Assembly (NCBI GenBank): GCA_965649825.1
Contig: OZ287704.1
Location: 360,101 to 424,100, forward strand
DNA from: Penicillus capitatus
Taxonomy: Eukaryota > Plantae > Chlorophyta
Length of the DNA: 64,000 nucleotides
Direction: 5' to 3'
Shown here one piece after another: positions 25,553 through 35,812 of the stretch. The stretch's first letter is position 1, and the number at the start of each line of letters is the position of its first letter. Position numbers and translations under genes: made by a program. The notes under the pieces were generated by a model. It was not told the origin of the DNA. It ran no database searches and saw only the letters and a list, made by a program, of their open reading frames with translations.

Positions 25553-27652
25553 TCACACCCCATGATGAATCCTCGCCAAAAAAGACAGAACACGTGTATT
25601 TACGGCCTCCGGAGTCTCGTCGTGTCCACAGTGTCCGGCCTCTATCGTCTGGACGTCGATATGAGGACACAGTGCTTTTAGACGTTGCGCTCGATCTGCT
25701 GATTTGCTCAGGGGATCCAACGTTCCTTGAAGGAGGAGAACAGGGCGGGTGTATTTTTCAGACAGGAGATAGTTCAGAGGCTCTGGCTTCTTGAGAAAGA
25801 AGACGCTCTTGATGATCGCAATGGCATTGGGATCGTGTGATGCTCTGAGAATTTCGTCGAGAAAGGCCTGATCTGCGTGGCTTTGTTGCACAGGGTAGAC
25901 GGATTTTAGAATCCTCCCAGCCGATCTTTTCAAGTAAAACAGCAGAAGTTGACTTAGGATATCCACCAGGAAGGCAGGCAGACGCCAAGGCAGGACATCT
26001 GCCTGTCGGGAATCGTCGTTGGGGGTGTAGTCCTCGATTAAGGGACCAGCGGGGTTGATCAGAACGAGACCGGGTACAGCTTCGGGGTGATTGGCGGCAG
26101 TCTGTGCGGCCATAAACGCCCCGATGGAGTTTCCAGCCAGGACAGTAGATTCTCTTACGACGTCCGAAATGAAAGCCCCGAGAAATTCTGTCCACAGAGA
26201 TTGCGAGTATTTCATATAGAGTTTTTGTGTCCGGCCGAAACCGGGTAAGGTTGGGCAATAGACTGTGTAGCCGCTAGCTGTCAAGGCATCGACATTGCGC
26301 CTCCAATGCATGCAGGAAGCTCCAAAACCATGCACCAGCACGATGTGACCCTTGGGGGAAGAATCCTTAGGCTTAGAAACAGCAAACTCTGCCAGAAATC
26401 CTTGCCATCTCCAGAACCGTTTGACAGAGGATCCTGGAGTACTCTTGCAACCATTGCGCAGAACCTCCCGAGCCAGATAGCCATGAAAATCGAAAGATTT
26501 ACTGGAGAAGAGAGCCGCTTTCGACAAAGCATTCTGCCGCCCTCTCAGTCTTTCTTGCACTTCGCACACCACTCGACGAGGAGAAAGTATTCCCAAAGAG
26601 AGTGGAAGAGCAAAGAGCGAAGAGAACGAAATCCCAGGAAAGCTGCTATCCTCTGTAGTTAACATCATTTGTTGCAGCGTATTGTTTTCTGAACATTTGA
26701 CTGCGTAAGATGAGGCATCCAGGTATCGCTGAAGCCAACGAAGAGGCGATACTTGATCTGAACACAGATGGCTACTCCACTGTTGCCTTAGATCGATCGG
26801 ACAACTGTCGAGAGGATCGCTAAGAAAGACGCCATTCTGAAAATCCTTCTGTCTCGTTTGCATTAGTATCTGTTTCAAGTCATCGATGTCTGGAATCCGA
26901 CCATCCTTGTCGTGTCGTTTGTCCAAGTCAGCGGAAGGTAGTCTAGATGGAGGAGAGAGAGGCTTTTGGAGAGACTCTGTCCTCTGGATGTCTTTGAACA
27001 CTGGATCATAGTTTTGAGAGGAATACATTTGGCACGTCCATTCTTCGATGGCAACTCCTGGAACAGTTGCTTTGAAGTGGTCGATCGACTCCTGCCAGAT
27101 GATATCGACCTCAGTTTCTATCAGAATCGTTCGCGTTCCAATCTCCGTTACGAATTGGGCCAACGTCTCTGGAAAACTCCCGATACGGACAATCAGATAG
27201 CTATCCATCGCCATCAATGACTTCCTGAGAGAACAAAGGGCGCTGTGCAGCAACTCTACGCCGCCAGGGATGCGAAGGTACGAAAAGTAAAGCTCAGGAT
27301 CGAGGATGCATAGCGGAACAGCCGATCGGCCGCTTTGCAAGACGCGATGCAATCCGGGATGATCATCGACTCTAAGATCATGTTTGAACAGCAACACGAT
27401 CGGATGCGACACTTCAGTCGATGCATTGCGACACAGAGATCCTGAAGCAGGTCCTTCCACGTCAAAAACGGCTCGCGGTCCATGGAACACCTGCCGAGTA
27501 AGCCATCCACGGGTTCGCCGTCGTCGACTTATGCTCAGACATGCTGTGGTATGTTTTGAGACAAAGCTCCCTCTGTCGTTAACTTTGCACTCGATGGGCG
27601 GGCGTGAAAGATAATACGGCGATTGCTTCGTCCACGAGGCTGAGAGGAGCAT
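25553..27652 (-). CDS. Photolyase N-terminal domain fused to an alpha/beta hydrolase (plant/algal fusion family), single exon
   Basis: IVLLFKHDLRVDDHPGL (photolyase N-terminus). The C-terminal hydrolase has LVHGFGA, PTLPGFG, GNSIG nucleophile elbow and AGHCGHDETPE. Confidence 0.88.
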   Translation of the reverse strand: MLLSASWTKQSPYYLSRPPIECKVNDRGSFVSKHTTACLSISRRRRTRGWLTRQVFHGPRAVFDVEGPASGSLCRNASTEVSHPIVLLFKHDLRVDDHPGLHRVLQSGRSAVPLCILDPELYFSYLRIPGGVELLHSALCSLRKSLMAMDSYLIVRIGSFPETLAQFVTEIGTRTILIETEVDIIWQESIDHFKATVPGVAIEEWTCQMYSSQNYDPVFKDIQRTESLQKPLSPPSRLPSADLDKRHDKDGRIPDIDDLKQILMQTRQKDFQNGVFLSDPLDSCPIDLRQQWSSHLCSDQVSPLRWLQRYLDASSYAVKCSENNTLQQMMLTTEDSSFPGISFSSLFALPLSLGILSPRRVVCEVQERLRGRQNALSKAALFSSKSFDFHGYLAREVLRNGCKSTPGSSVKRFWRWQGFLAEFAVSKPKDSSPKGHIVLVHGFGASCMHWRRNVDALTASGYTVYCPTLPGFGRTQKLYMKYSQSLWTEFLGAFISDVVRESTVLAGNSIGAFMAAQTAANHPEAVPGLVLINPAGPLIEDYTPNDDSRQADVLPWRLPAFLVDILSQLLLFYLKRSAGRILKSVYPVQQSHADQAFLDEILRASHDPNAIAIIKSVFFLKKPEPLNYLLSEKYTRPVLLLQGTLDPLSKSADRAQRLKALCPHIDVQTIEAGHCGHDETPEAVNTRVLSFLARIHHGV

Positions 27653-28316
27653 CTGAAGGCATCCGTTCTCCGATGATGTGACAATCGGCTACATCACAGA
27701 CTCGCATGTCGCTGTGGACTTCAGACGTTTGGAAATCCGTAAATTGAAGAACACGATTTTCATCGACGACTCATCTTTGTTGAGTAAAGATATCGATAAG
27801 AATCGTGTGTAATTGATAAATGGCAACGAATTTGTTCTTCAACGCCAAAACACCTACATTGATTTTTCTTGAAATATCTATTCTATCGGCGGCTGTTAAA
27901 CAATATCGGATTGAATCGATCTCAATTAACTAAAATAACTTAAAAGATTGCTCTTTATCAAAAGCTAAGTTCGCGGCATTTCTTACCTTGGGTATATTCT
28001 GACAGTAAACCTTTCTTCTTTCAGAAGAGATGTAAAGAAGATATCGACGAAAACATTGAAAAAGAAATATATACTCTAGATCGAATTCAATCGGCTCTTT
28101 AGGGGATGTTTGCCGCTATTATGCATTGCATGATGGTAAATTTCATGATCATTCTTGGGCTACTTTTGCGGTTGCGAAGCATGGGCTATGTCTCTGGATT
28201 AGGTACATGCGCAGAAGGATCTCTTTAGAGGTCAGAAGTACTGTGCTAGAATAATCACGGGCGCTTCCAAGACTACTCCGAATCCTGCTATCTTACATCG
28301 GCCAAACACTTGGGAT

Positions 28317-28431
28317 CCGTCGGTTCGATTGCCGTCGATCGATCCCCGTCGGTTCGATTGCCGTCGATCGATCCCCGTCGGTTCGATTGCCGTCGATCGA
28401 TCCCCGTCGGTTCGATTGCCGTCGATCGATC
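28317..28431. repeat. Perfect tandem minisatellite, 29-bp unit x4 (CCGTCGGTTCGATTGCCGTCGATCGATCC)
   Basis: CGGTTCGATT recurs at 28321, 28350, 28379 and 28408. The units are identical and have no spacers. Confidence 0.95.
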
Positions 28432-28879
28432 TAACGTTTTTTGGGTGAGGCCCGATTAGGTGTACATCTGAATACCCGCCCCTCTGATGGCCATCTCCAG
28501 TAGCTGTGTACGCTAATATATTAATATATCCTTAACGGTCGTTCAAATCTGCGATCCGCTCATGCGCGTGTGTCTCAAAAAGTTCAGGTACAGAATTGAT
28601 GCATGACATTCTCTATTTTTACCATTCATATTTCATGTCGATTCGAGAGACAATCTTCGATGTAAAATACGAATACTTCCTCGTCTAAGTTTGTAAAGAC
28701 GTTCTTCTCTTCTGACAGAGTCCCGAAACACTCAAGTGTACACAACAAAGCACATATGCTTTCAGTTAGAAGCCATGATTATGATGTGTAAGTTATCAGA
28801 TTCAATAATCAATGTATTCAAAAGGGGCTAGGGTATCTTTTATCAATTTACTGCCTCTTTTATACAGAACGGATTGCTC

Positions 28880-30598
28880 TCAATCGAAACGATCCTCTGG
28901 CAGGAGTAATAATGGCTCATCCTCATCGGCGGATGTATCAGTTGTAGAAGTGGAGTTATTCGAATCCTCCTCCGAGATATAACCCCTGCCTGAAACTGGC
29001 ATATTGATGCAATTCTCCAGATCTTCATCGTCTGAATGAAAGGTCAGTGTGACGATGCGCAGAAAGACGGAAGCTGGCGTCACGAATCCGTACTTTTCGA
29101 CTCGAATGTTCAGCAATAGCAGCAATCCCGTAAGAGCCAAACAGAAGAACGAAATAAAAGGAGCTCTGGGAAAGTAAAACTCTCCGAGACGAAAGAGGGC
29201 AAAGAGCGAAGCATGGAAGAGAGGGGACAGGCCTTGAGCCAAGGCACGGACCCCTAACACGGCTTGATGGACTATAAACGAACTAGAGGAAGTACTGTGG
29301 TGATCAATGACACGATAGATCATCACAGTGATCAAGGCATCCATTGACCCAAACACCTCTAGAAAATAGGCCAGCATCTTGGACTTCACAAAGATCATGC
29401 CAAACAGCTTCACTGCCACCATGACAAATCCAAATCCAAAAGCATCTTTGTATGTGCGATTGCTGAAAAGACTCCAGAAAGGAAAGATGATGCTGTAGAC
29501 GAGCGTGACGACCAAGAAACGAATCATGAGGAAGGTTGACTGCTCCACCGTGCCAAATCCTGCGACTTCTTGAAGATACTGTAGCTCCAGCTCAGAATCT
29601 CTCTGCTGGATGAGTTCAAAGACCGCATAGACCAGGATCACGTTAGTCAAGTTAGGGTTCTTCGGCAGACGCTGAAAGGAGGCGTACATGTCTTCAAAAG
29701 GGCGAATCCAATGGAGATATGTCGTCCGACGGAGATTGTTGTGTGCATCGCCGGCTGCTAAGAAGCTATTCAGACTTGTAGATGGCGCAACAGATTCCGG
29801 CAGAAAAAGAAGACAGAGCAGTAGCGCTGTGCCAATCAATGCCAATAAGATAATGACTGCGTGCTGGACATCCTCTATTGCCTTGCTGGCCACCAGCATC
29901 GATCCCAAGAAAGAAGAGAAAGCGGCCAGAGTGAGATATGTCCAATACACCATGTCTGCTGACGACTCGTCGATGAGGTCGGCGAAGTACGATTGGCAGA
30001 GAGAAGGCAATGCGAAAGACAGTTCCCAAGCTTTGCCCACATAGTACCTGCACATCCAGACACACTCCTTATATTCAATCGGCAGGCGTCTTTAGCCGAA
30101 TGCTCACCAGTAGAATGGCAGGTTTGTTTGAAGGTGGAGAAGGAGGAGGACTGGTGGGATCAATGCATTGAACAGTGCAAGGAGGAGAAACGGTTTGCGT
30201 CCATAGATTGTGCTATATCTCTGAATGCAGGACCCGAAGACAATCGACAGGAAGAGCCGTGATATAAAGAGCTTCCCAGCATCGAAGAAGACAGCCTGAT
30301 TATGTGCTTTTTGGCAGATGTTGTCTCTTTGCTTTATTTCTTCTGCCTGATCAACGCATAAGTGCTTTTGGTTAGTCTGTTCCGAGACAAAGTATTCAGT
30401 GGACATGGTCGGAATAAATCCCCCTATGAGACCCCACCCTGGTCACAGGTACTTTGCGTATGACCGATTGCACGACGTTTGGCAGAGCGTACCAAAGTGC
30501 GTCAATGAGAGAAAGAGCATTAGCAGATAGGCACGTTTCTGGAGCATTTCGCGGACAAATCTGCAGAGAAGCCGTACTTCACTGCGTGTTAACGACAT
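28880..30598 (-). CDS. Major facilitator superfamily transporter (SLC46/HIAT-like), multi-exon; start approximate
   Basis: Motif A region YSTIYGRKPFLLL, FADLIDES, about 12 TM helices, acidic C-terminal tail ending in a dileucine-like EPLLLL. Confidence 0.8.
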
Positions 30599-30826
30599 CG
30601 CGGTTGATGTGTCTTTGTCGAGGAGTCAAGCAACGAGCGTCACTGTCTGCAATGAATTAAGGAATTTCTTAGCAATCGACACTAGGATTGTGTGTCCGTA
30701 TCAGACAAACCGAAAGTTTCGACAATTACAGTTGATCCGTTGCACTGAATGAACGGATGGTCAGTCAACGAAAGTTATTCATTTCAACAGAAACGCACGC
30801 TGTTTTTTCGTTTAGCTTATCTGAAA

Positions 30827-30861
30827 AATGAATGAATGAACAAACAAACAAACAAACAAAC
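30827..30861. repeat. Compound microsatellite: (AATG)n followed by (CAAA)5
   Basis: aatgaatgaatgaa caaacaaacaaacaaacaaac read directly. Confidence 0.85.
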
Positions 30862-30909
30862 CAATGAGCGTGAATTCTAGTTATTTGTCACGAAATGGGA
30901 CGATTGTTT

Positions 30910-31757
30910 TTATTCTGAGGCGTAGCGCAGGCGAACACAACTGACAATGATGGAATCTCCCTCATTCATTGGTTGATTATACGATTGAACCACAACTTGC
31001 ATCCCATGCTTCGATGCCGGATCCTGTAAAAGCTGTACAACGCTATTGATATTTATGGGGAGAACGTAGTAGATGTTGTTGGACTTGGAGGAAGGATAAA
31101 TGATTTGACCATTAACGTGAGAAGGGGAACCATTTCGGCACTGCATGGCAGCAAAGAAATCGCTATGCTCTCCTTCATTATAGTAAGCAGAATATGTTCG
31201 CATGCCGCGAGGTACCCGCACACAGATGCGGCGTTGATGTTGTGGCTGACTTCGCATGACAATGAAATAAATGTAGAGATCCCAGGAGAACATGCTTCGC
31301 AAACCAGATGCTTCAATCTCGTGCACTATATGCATCATGAGCTCTCGCTTTGTCTTCTCCTTGGAAAACACAGACGGAAGATGCTGAATATGATGCAGTC
31401 TCTCTATGCTCGGGAGCTGATAGAAATCGAGTTCTTTTTCAAGAATCTCTGGCCGAACAGACGGTAGGCAGGATGCATAATCGCCATCCCTAGAAAAGCG
31501 CGAAAATCTGAGTCGCGGAAACAAAGTAGTATGCCGCACCTGTAAATTTCAAGAATCCAAGAAAACATCTTAGGGTTTCGATCGATGTAGAGCGGCTCTC
31601 CTTTCTCGATAAGGTTTGGAAATTCTTTCGCCACTTTGGAAAGAAGGGAGTTTGGATAGCGGTCGAGAGACGGTTGCGAAATCTTGAAGGACTGTCCTCC
31701 GACGTCCAACAGCACAACAGGTTGGCGCCGCGGTAAAGAAGCGCGACTGTGTTCCAT
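30910..31757 (-). CDS. BTB/POZ (KCTD-type) domain protein, 2 exons
   Basis: VLLDVGGQSFKISQPSLDRYPNSLL...LYIDRNPKMFSWILEIYR | ...ILEKELDFYQLP. Confidence 0.85.
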
Positions 31758-32574
31758 CTTGCCTGAATTGCCTGATGCCACCAGCGATTGTTTTAAGAAT
31801 TGTTGTACCGTTTCGGTTGTATAGATTTTTGTAGGCCGGTACCAAAACTTGAAGAACACCCCTAGTCTTTTCGCCTGCCGCTACGCGGCATACTACTGTG
31901 AACATTTTTGGGTAAAAGGTCAACGTAAATTCGGTCGAAGCTCGATGATTGTTTCGGCCTAGATCTGTCAAAGCTGTCGGTTGTTCATAGTGTTTTCTCG
32001 AGAACTCAGTTCGTGAGTTCTTCGACGCATTCGACGGGCATGATGCCAAACCGATAGCGATGTTATGGACAGTACTGTAGTGAAAGGCTCGTATTTGGCA
32101 GAACCTGTAGAATACCTCTTTGCTGAATGTTCGTCGGATGTGGCATGTGTTTCGAACGTAGAAATCCCGCCACGCAGTCTAACCGCCGACGCAATGTTGC
32201 ATCACGCACACCTGTCGACTGAAGAACCATATCGGCCACGATCCCTCGTCGCAGCATCTCGACAAATGGACCGACACGAAAAGGCACTCAAGCCTATCCA
32301 AAAACGCCCTTATAGTCAACGTTCCGTCAGCCTTATCAGTCAATTGTGTCGCCCTGTCATGTTTCCATCAAGTTGTCTCTGTCGCGAAGTGTATGTACTG
32401 TTCTTTTATCGGCGAAGTCGACCGCCGTCATAGTAATTCATAGAGGCGGCCTCTTGAGCAGCATGCTCGTTAACTGTGTCTAGTACATCCTAGGCGATCA
32501 TCTTCGCATCAAGAAATGAAGGACGCCGTGGATTCCATCCGTTACATCATTGCTTTGCAGCGCCACGTTTGGAC

Positions 32575-35000
32575 ATGCAACCCGGTACTGTGTGTGCTGT
32601 GACGGCATTTTTGCTCGGCATCTGCCTGGCCGACTGCATTGTGAACGAAGGAACAGATGAGCCCCTGGAGAAACTCGATACGACTCTGGATGGAGGAGAC
32701 TGTGTTCTGCCTACTAAAGTAATCGCGTCGCTTGGTAGCATCCCCTATGACTGTCGTTTCTAGACACCAGATACGAGTGTCTTTGCGGGAGGACTCTGCA
32801 TCAATGGCGTCTTCGACCGAAGTGCACTAGTCTCTCACTAGTTTCTCACTTTGGATGCTGACTGTCTACAGCGGAAGGAGTTAATTTCCGAAGACGACGG
32901 GCTCACGAGACCATGGATGTCGCGACACTGCCAAAGGACTTCTTCTGGGGAGATATCCACGGCGTTAACTATCTGACTGTCTCGCGCAATCAGCACGTCC
33001 CGCAGTAATCGCGTCTCGGATGACGTTCAACAGCGTCATGGGTACTGCAGATACTGTGGCAGTTGCTGGGCGTTTGGCACCACTTCTGCTATTTCCGACA
33101 GGATGAAGATCGAACGTCGCAACGCCTTCCCCGAGATCAACCTGGCGCCACAGGTTTTGATCAACTGCCGTGGTGGCGGAACCTGCCAAGTGCTTGCCCA
33201 TCATCTGCTGTATGGTTTTTTATCCCGATCATGTGAAGGGTGGCACAGCGGTAGGCGTTTATTACTACATGGCACAGCACGGTCTGCCCGACGAGAGCTG
33301 TCAGAGTTACCAAGCAAAGAGCAGCAAATGCGGATCACATGGAGTGTGTGAAAAGTGTGAAATGATGGGAGACCGTAGCACATGCTCTGGAGTGCATCAG
33401 TACCGTCGTTATTTCATCGAAGAGTTTGGCTCTGCAAGCGGCGGTTCGGACTATGATGGTCACAACCAGCAAGTGTCTCGTAGTCAGAAGATCATGGCAG
33501 AGATCTATTCTCGCGGCCCTGTGGCATGCGAAATTTTTGCCACGAAGAAGTTTGACAAGTACACAGGCGGAATCTTCACCGAAGTGCGAACTGTCACATC
33601 GCAATACCCACTCGAGTCACGTTGTGCCTAGTTTGGCGTTTGGGCAACAGGCAATCACATCGTGAGTCTTGTCGGATGGGGAGAGGAAAATGGCATCGAG
33701 TAAGGAGACTCCATGCCAAAGAAAGATCGATCTAAAAAGATGTAAGACTTGCAGGTATTGGATTGGACGGAACAGTTGGGGAACCTACTGGGGGGAGAAC
33801 GGGTATTTCCGTATCGCTAGACCGAGTCTGTTCTACGGTTTGGGTGTCGAAAATAGTTGTACCTTTGCAACGCCTGTCATCTCAGATAAACTCCAGCCCA
33901 GCGACCCTCTGCCAACGTCACTTTCTCTCCTCAAGACAGCTTGAGAACTTTGATTTTTAGAGATGTGCCGTGGGGAGAGTATCTCTTAAAATATCATGCT
34001 GAGAAGCAGAAAGAATCTTCATTTACATTACAACAAGAGAAGGTAGTGAGGGTTGTGGAAATTCCGATGAAGTACGACATCCGTAACATCGATGGCGTCA
34101 GTTATGCATCGATTGATCGAAATCAGCGTAGCCCAATGTACTGTGAATCTTCGTGGGCCCATGCAGCGACCTCTGCTCTAAATGATCGTTTTGCACTGCT
34201 CAGAGGAACAACTTATCCAGAAATCGTTCTCTCTGTTCAAGTGAAGATCGTTTCACATATCGATGTTTGCATGAGTGCTAAAGCGTCTAGGTTTTGCTAA
34301 ACTGTGTGAAAGGCAATGGAGAGTGTGAGGGAAAAGATCCAAGTGATGCCTATGACTATATTAAGAGGCACACCATTCCAGACGAATCCTGCTCTCCCTA
34401 CGAAGGAAAGCCTCTCGCATGTGATGCTATTCACATTTGCAAAAGCTGTTGGTTAACGGGATGCTACTCCATGAAAGCAGGAGAATACACACCATACACA
34501 ATTTCATCCCACGGAAGGGTGACATACTGTGTTCTTTTCTGCCGAGGTTTACGTGGTCCGACATACAGGTCTCCGGGGATGAGGCTGTGATGCAGGAGAT
34601 TGCGCAGAATGGCCCTGTTGCTTGCCGCATTTGCGCGTCCAGTGCATTCCGTTCCTACCAAAATGGCATCTTCAGTGGTCCAGATGCATGCGAGGGTAGC
34701 AGTTCAAACCAGTTCGTCGTCCTCTCTGGATGGGACGAACAAAACGGCAAGAAGTTCTGGATCGGGCGAAACAGTTGGGGAACCTACTGGGGGATTCATG
34801 GCTGGTTTCACCTAGCCATGGGCGACGGAGACCTTGGTGTCACAGATGAATGCTATTGGGCGACACCCGAGAAGCCCATGTACAGATATCTCTTTTCAGG
34901 AGGGCATCAAAAGACTAAAGCCGTGGCGGGTCTCAGAGATGTCTTCCTCTATGCGTCTCAATATCAAACAAACCATATGCGTTCGGCATCCAGCACGTGA
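32575..35000 (+). CDS. Secreted two-domain cathepsin Z/X-like (C1A) protein A: active domain followed by inactive domain, multi-exon
   Basis: Signal peptide. Domain 1: NQHVPQYCGSCW, GNHIVSLVGWG, RNSWG. Domain 2: NQRSPMYCESSW (Cys to Ser), SNQFVVLSGWD (His to Gln), RNSWG. The two domains are joined through an inferred intron ending at 33960. Confidence 0.82.
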
Positions 35001-35098
35001 GAGCGACCACTGTTGGTTGTTGTTCATGTCAATTTTTGAAGAACTGTTAGAAAAGCATTAGGTGTTCGATCAGATTTGTTTTGTCTCACAGATTATGC

Positions 35099-35800
35099 TC
35101 AATCGGCATCCCATACCAAAACTTCTTTGTGAAGAAACTGCCACATAGATACCCTTTGATCAAATGTGTTGTCGAATACGTTCGAGAATTCGATGAAAAA
35201 ACTTCTGCACCGTTTCCGAACTGCCATACGCCTCGTGCAGTGCCTAAACACAGGAAGCGTCCATTCATGCCTGTTGCATGGAGTGTCTTGCCGTTTCTTT
35301 CTGATCGGATGTGTCAATGGCCTGCAGAACAGACCGAAGACTCTCGTCCTTCAACATCTCCCTTATCTCACTATCCGCCACTGCAGATAGAGAGACCTTC
35401 ACAAAGATACTCATGCGATGGACACATCCCACCTACCCAATGCTTCGTAGTGTTGCGGTTTCAGAAGCCACTCTTCGTCCATCGTTTCCTGTTCCCATCT
35501 CGGTACTTCATCTTCGCGTTTCTTTTTGCATGGAGCAAGGCAGACGCAGATTCGCTCGATGGCATGACTCTCTTTGTGCCGCGCCACACAACGCACGAAA
35601 CCTTCGAAGGTTACGTTTGGATGGTAGGCATCGAGGGCTCCACTCGGCAACGTTCCAACGCGAACAGTCGATCTCTCGATCTTCAGCACGGCCTCAGCCT
35701 CACTGCGCTCCACCAGAATCTTATCACCCGGTCTCGGGTGAGCGAGCGATGCCGGGTCGGTTGTGTCGAGGATGATATCAAAGTTAAAACGAGGACGCAT
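35099..35800 (-). CDS. Hypothetical protein: N-terminal beta-rich (HIRAN-like?) domain plus ZNHIT3/HIT1-like C-terminal helical domain, 3 exons
   Basis: Spliced product ...EEWLLKPQHYEAL|VADSEIREMLKDESLRSVLQAIDTSDQKET|ALHEAYGSSETVQKFFIEFSNV resembles the ZNHIT3 C-terminus. The second intron is GC-AG (35244-35291). Confidence 0.55.
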
Positions 35801-35812
35801 GATTATAACACC

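Noticed and set aside
28261-28320. YIGQT string suggesting a GIY-YIG endonuclease
   Set aside because: There is no upstream GIY-like motif, an in-frame stop lies just upstream, and the frame runs into the minisatellite. Most likely chance.
28317-28431. 29-bp repeats as a CRISPR array
   Set aside because: The units are directly adjacent with no unique spacers, no cas genes are present, and the context is eukaryotic.
32065-32433. 122-aa ORF between the BTB and cathepsin genes
   Set aside because: No recognisable motifs; it lies in a probable divergent promoter/UTR region.
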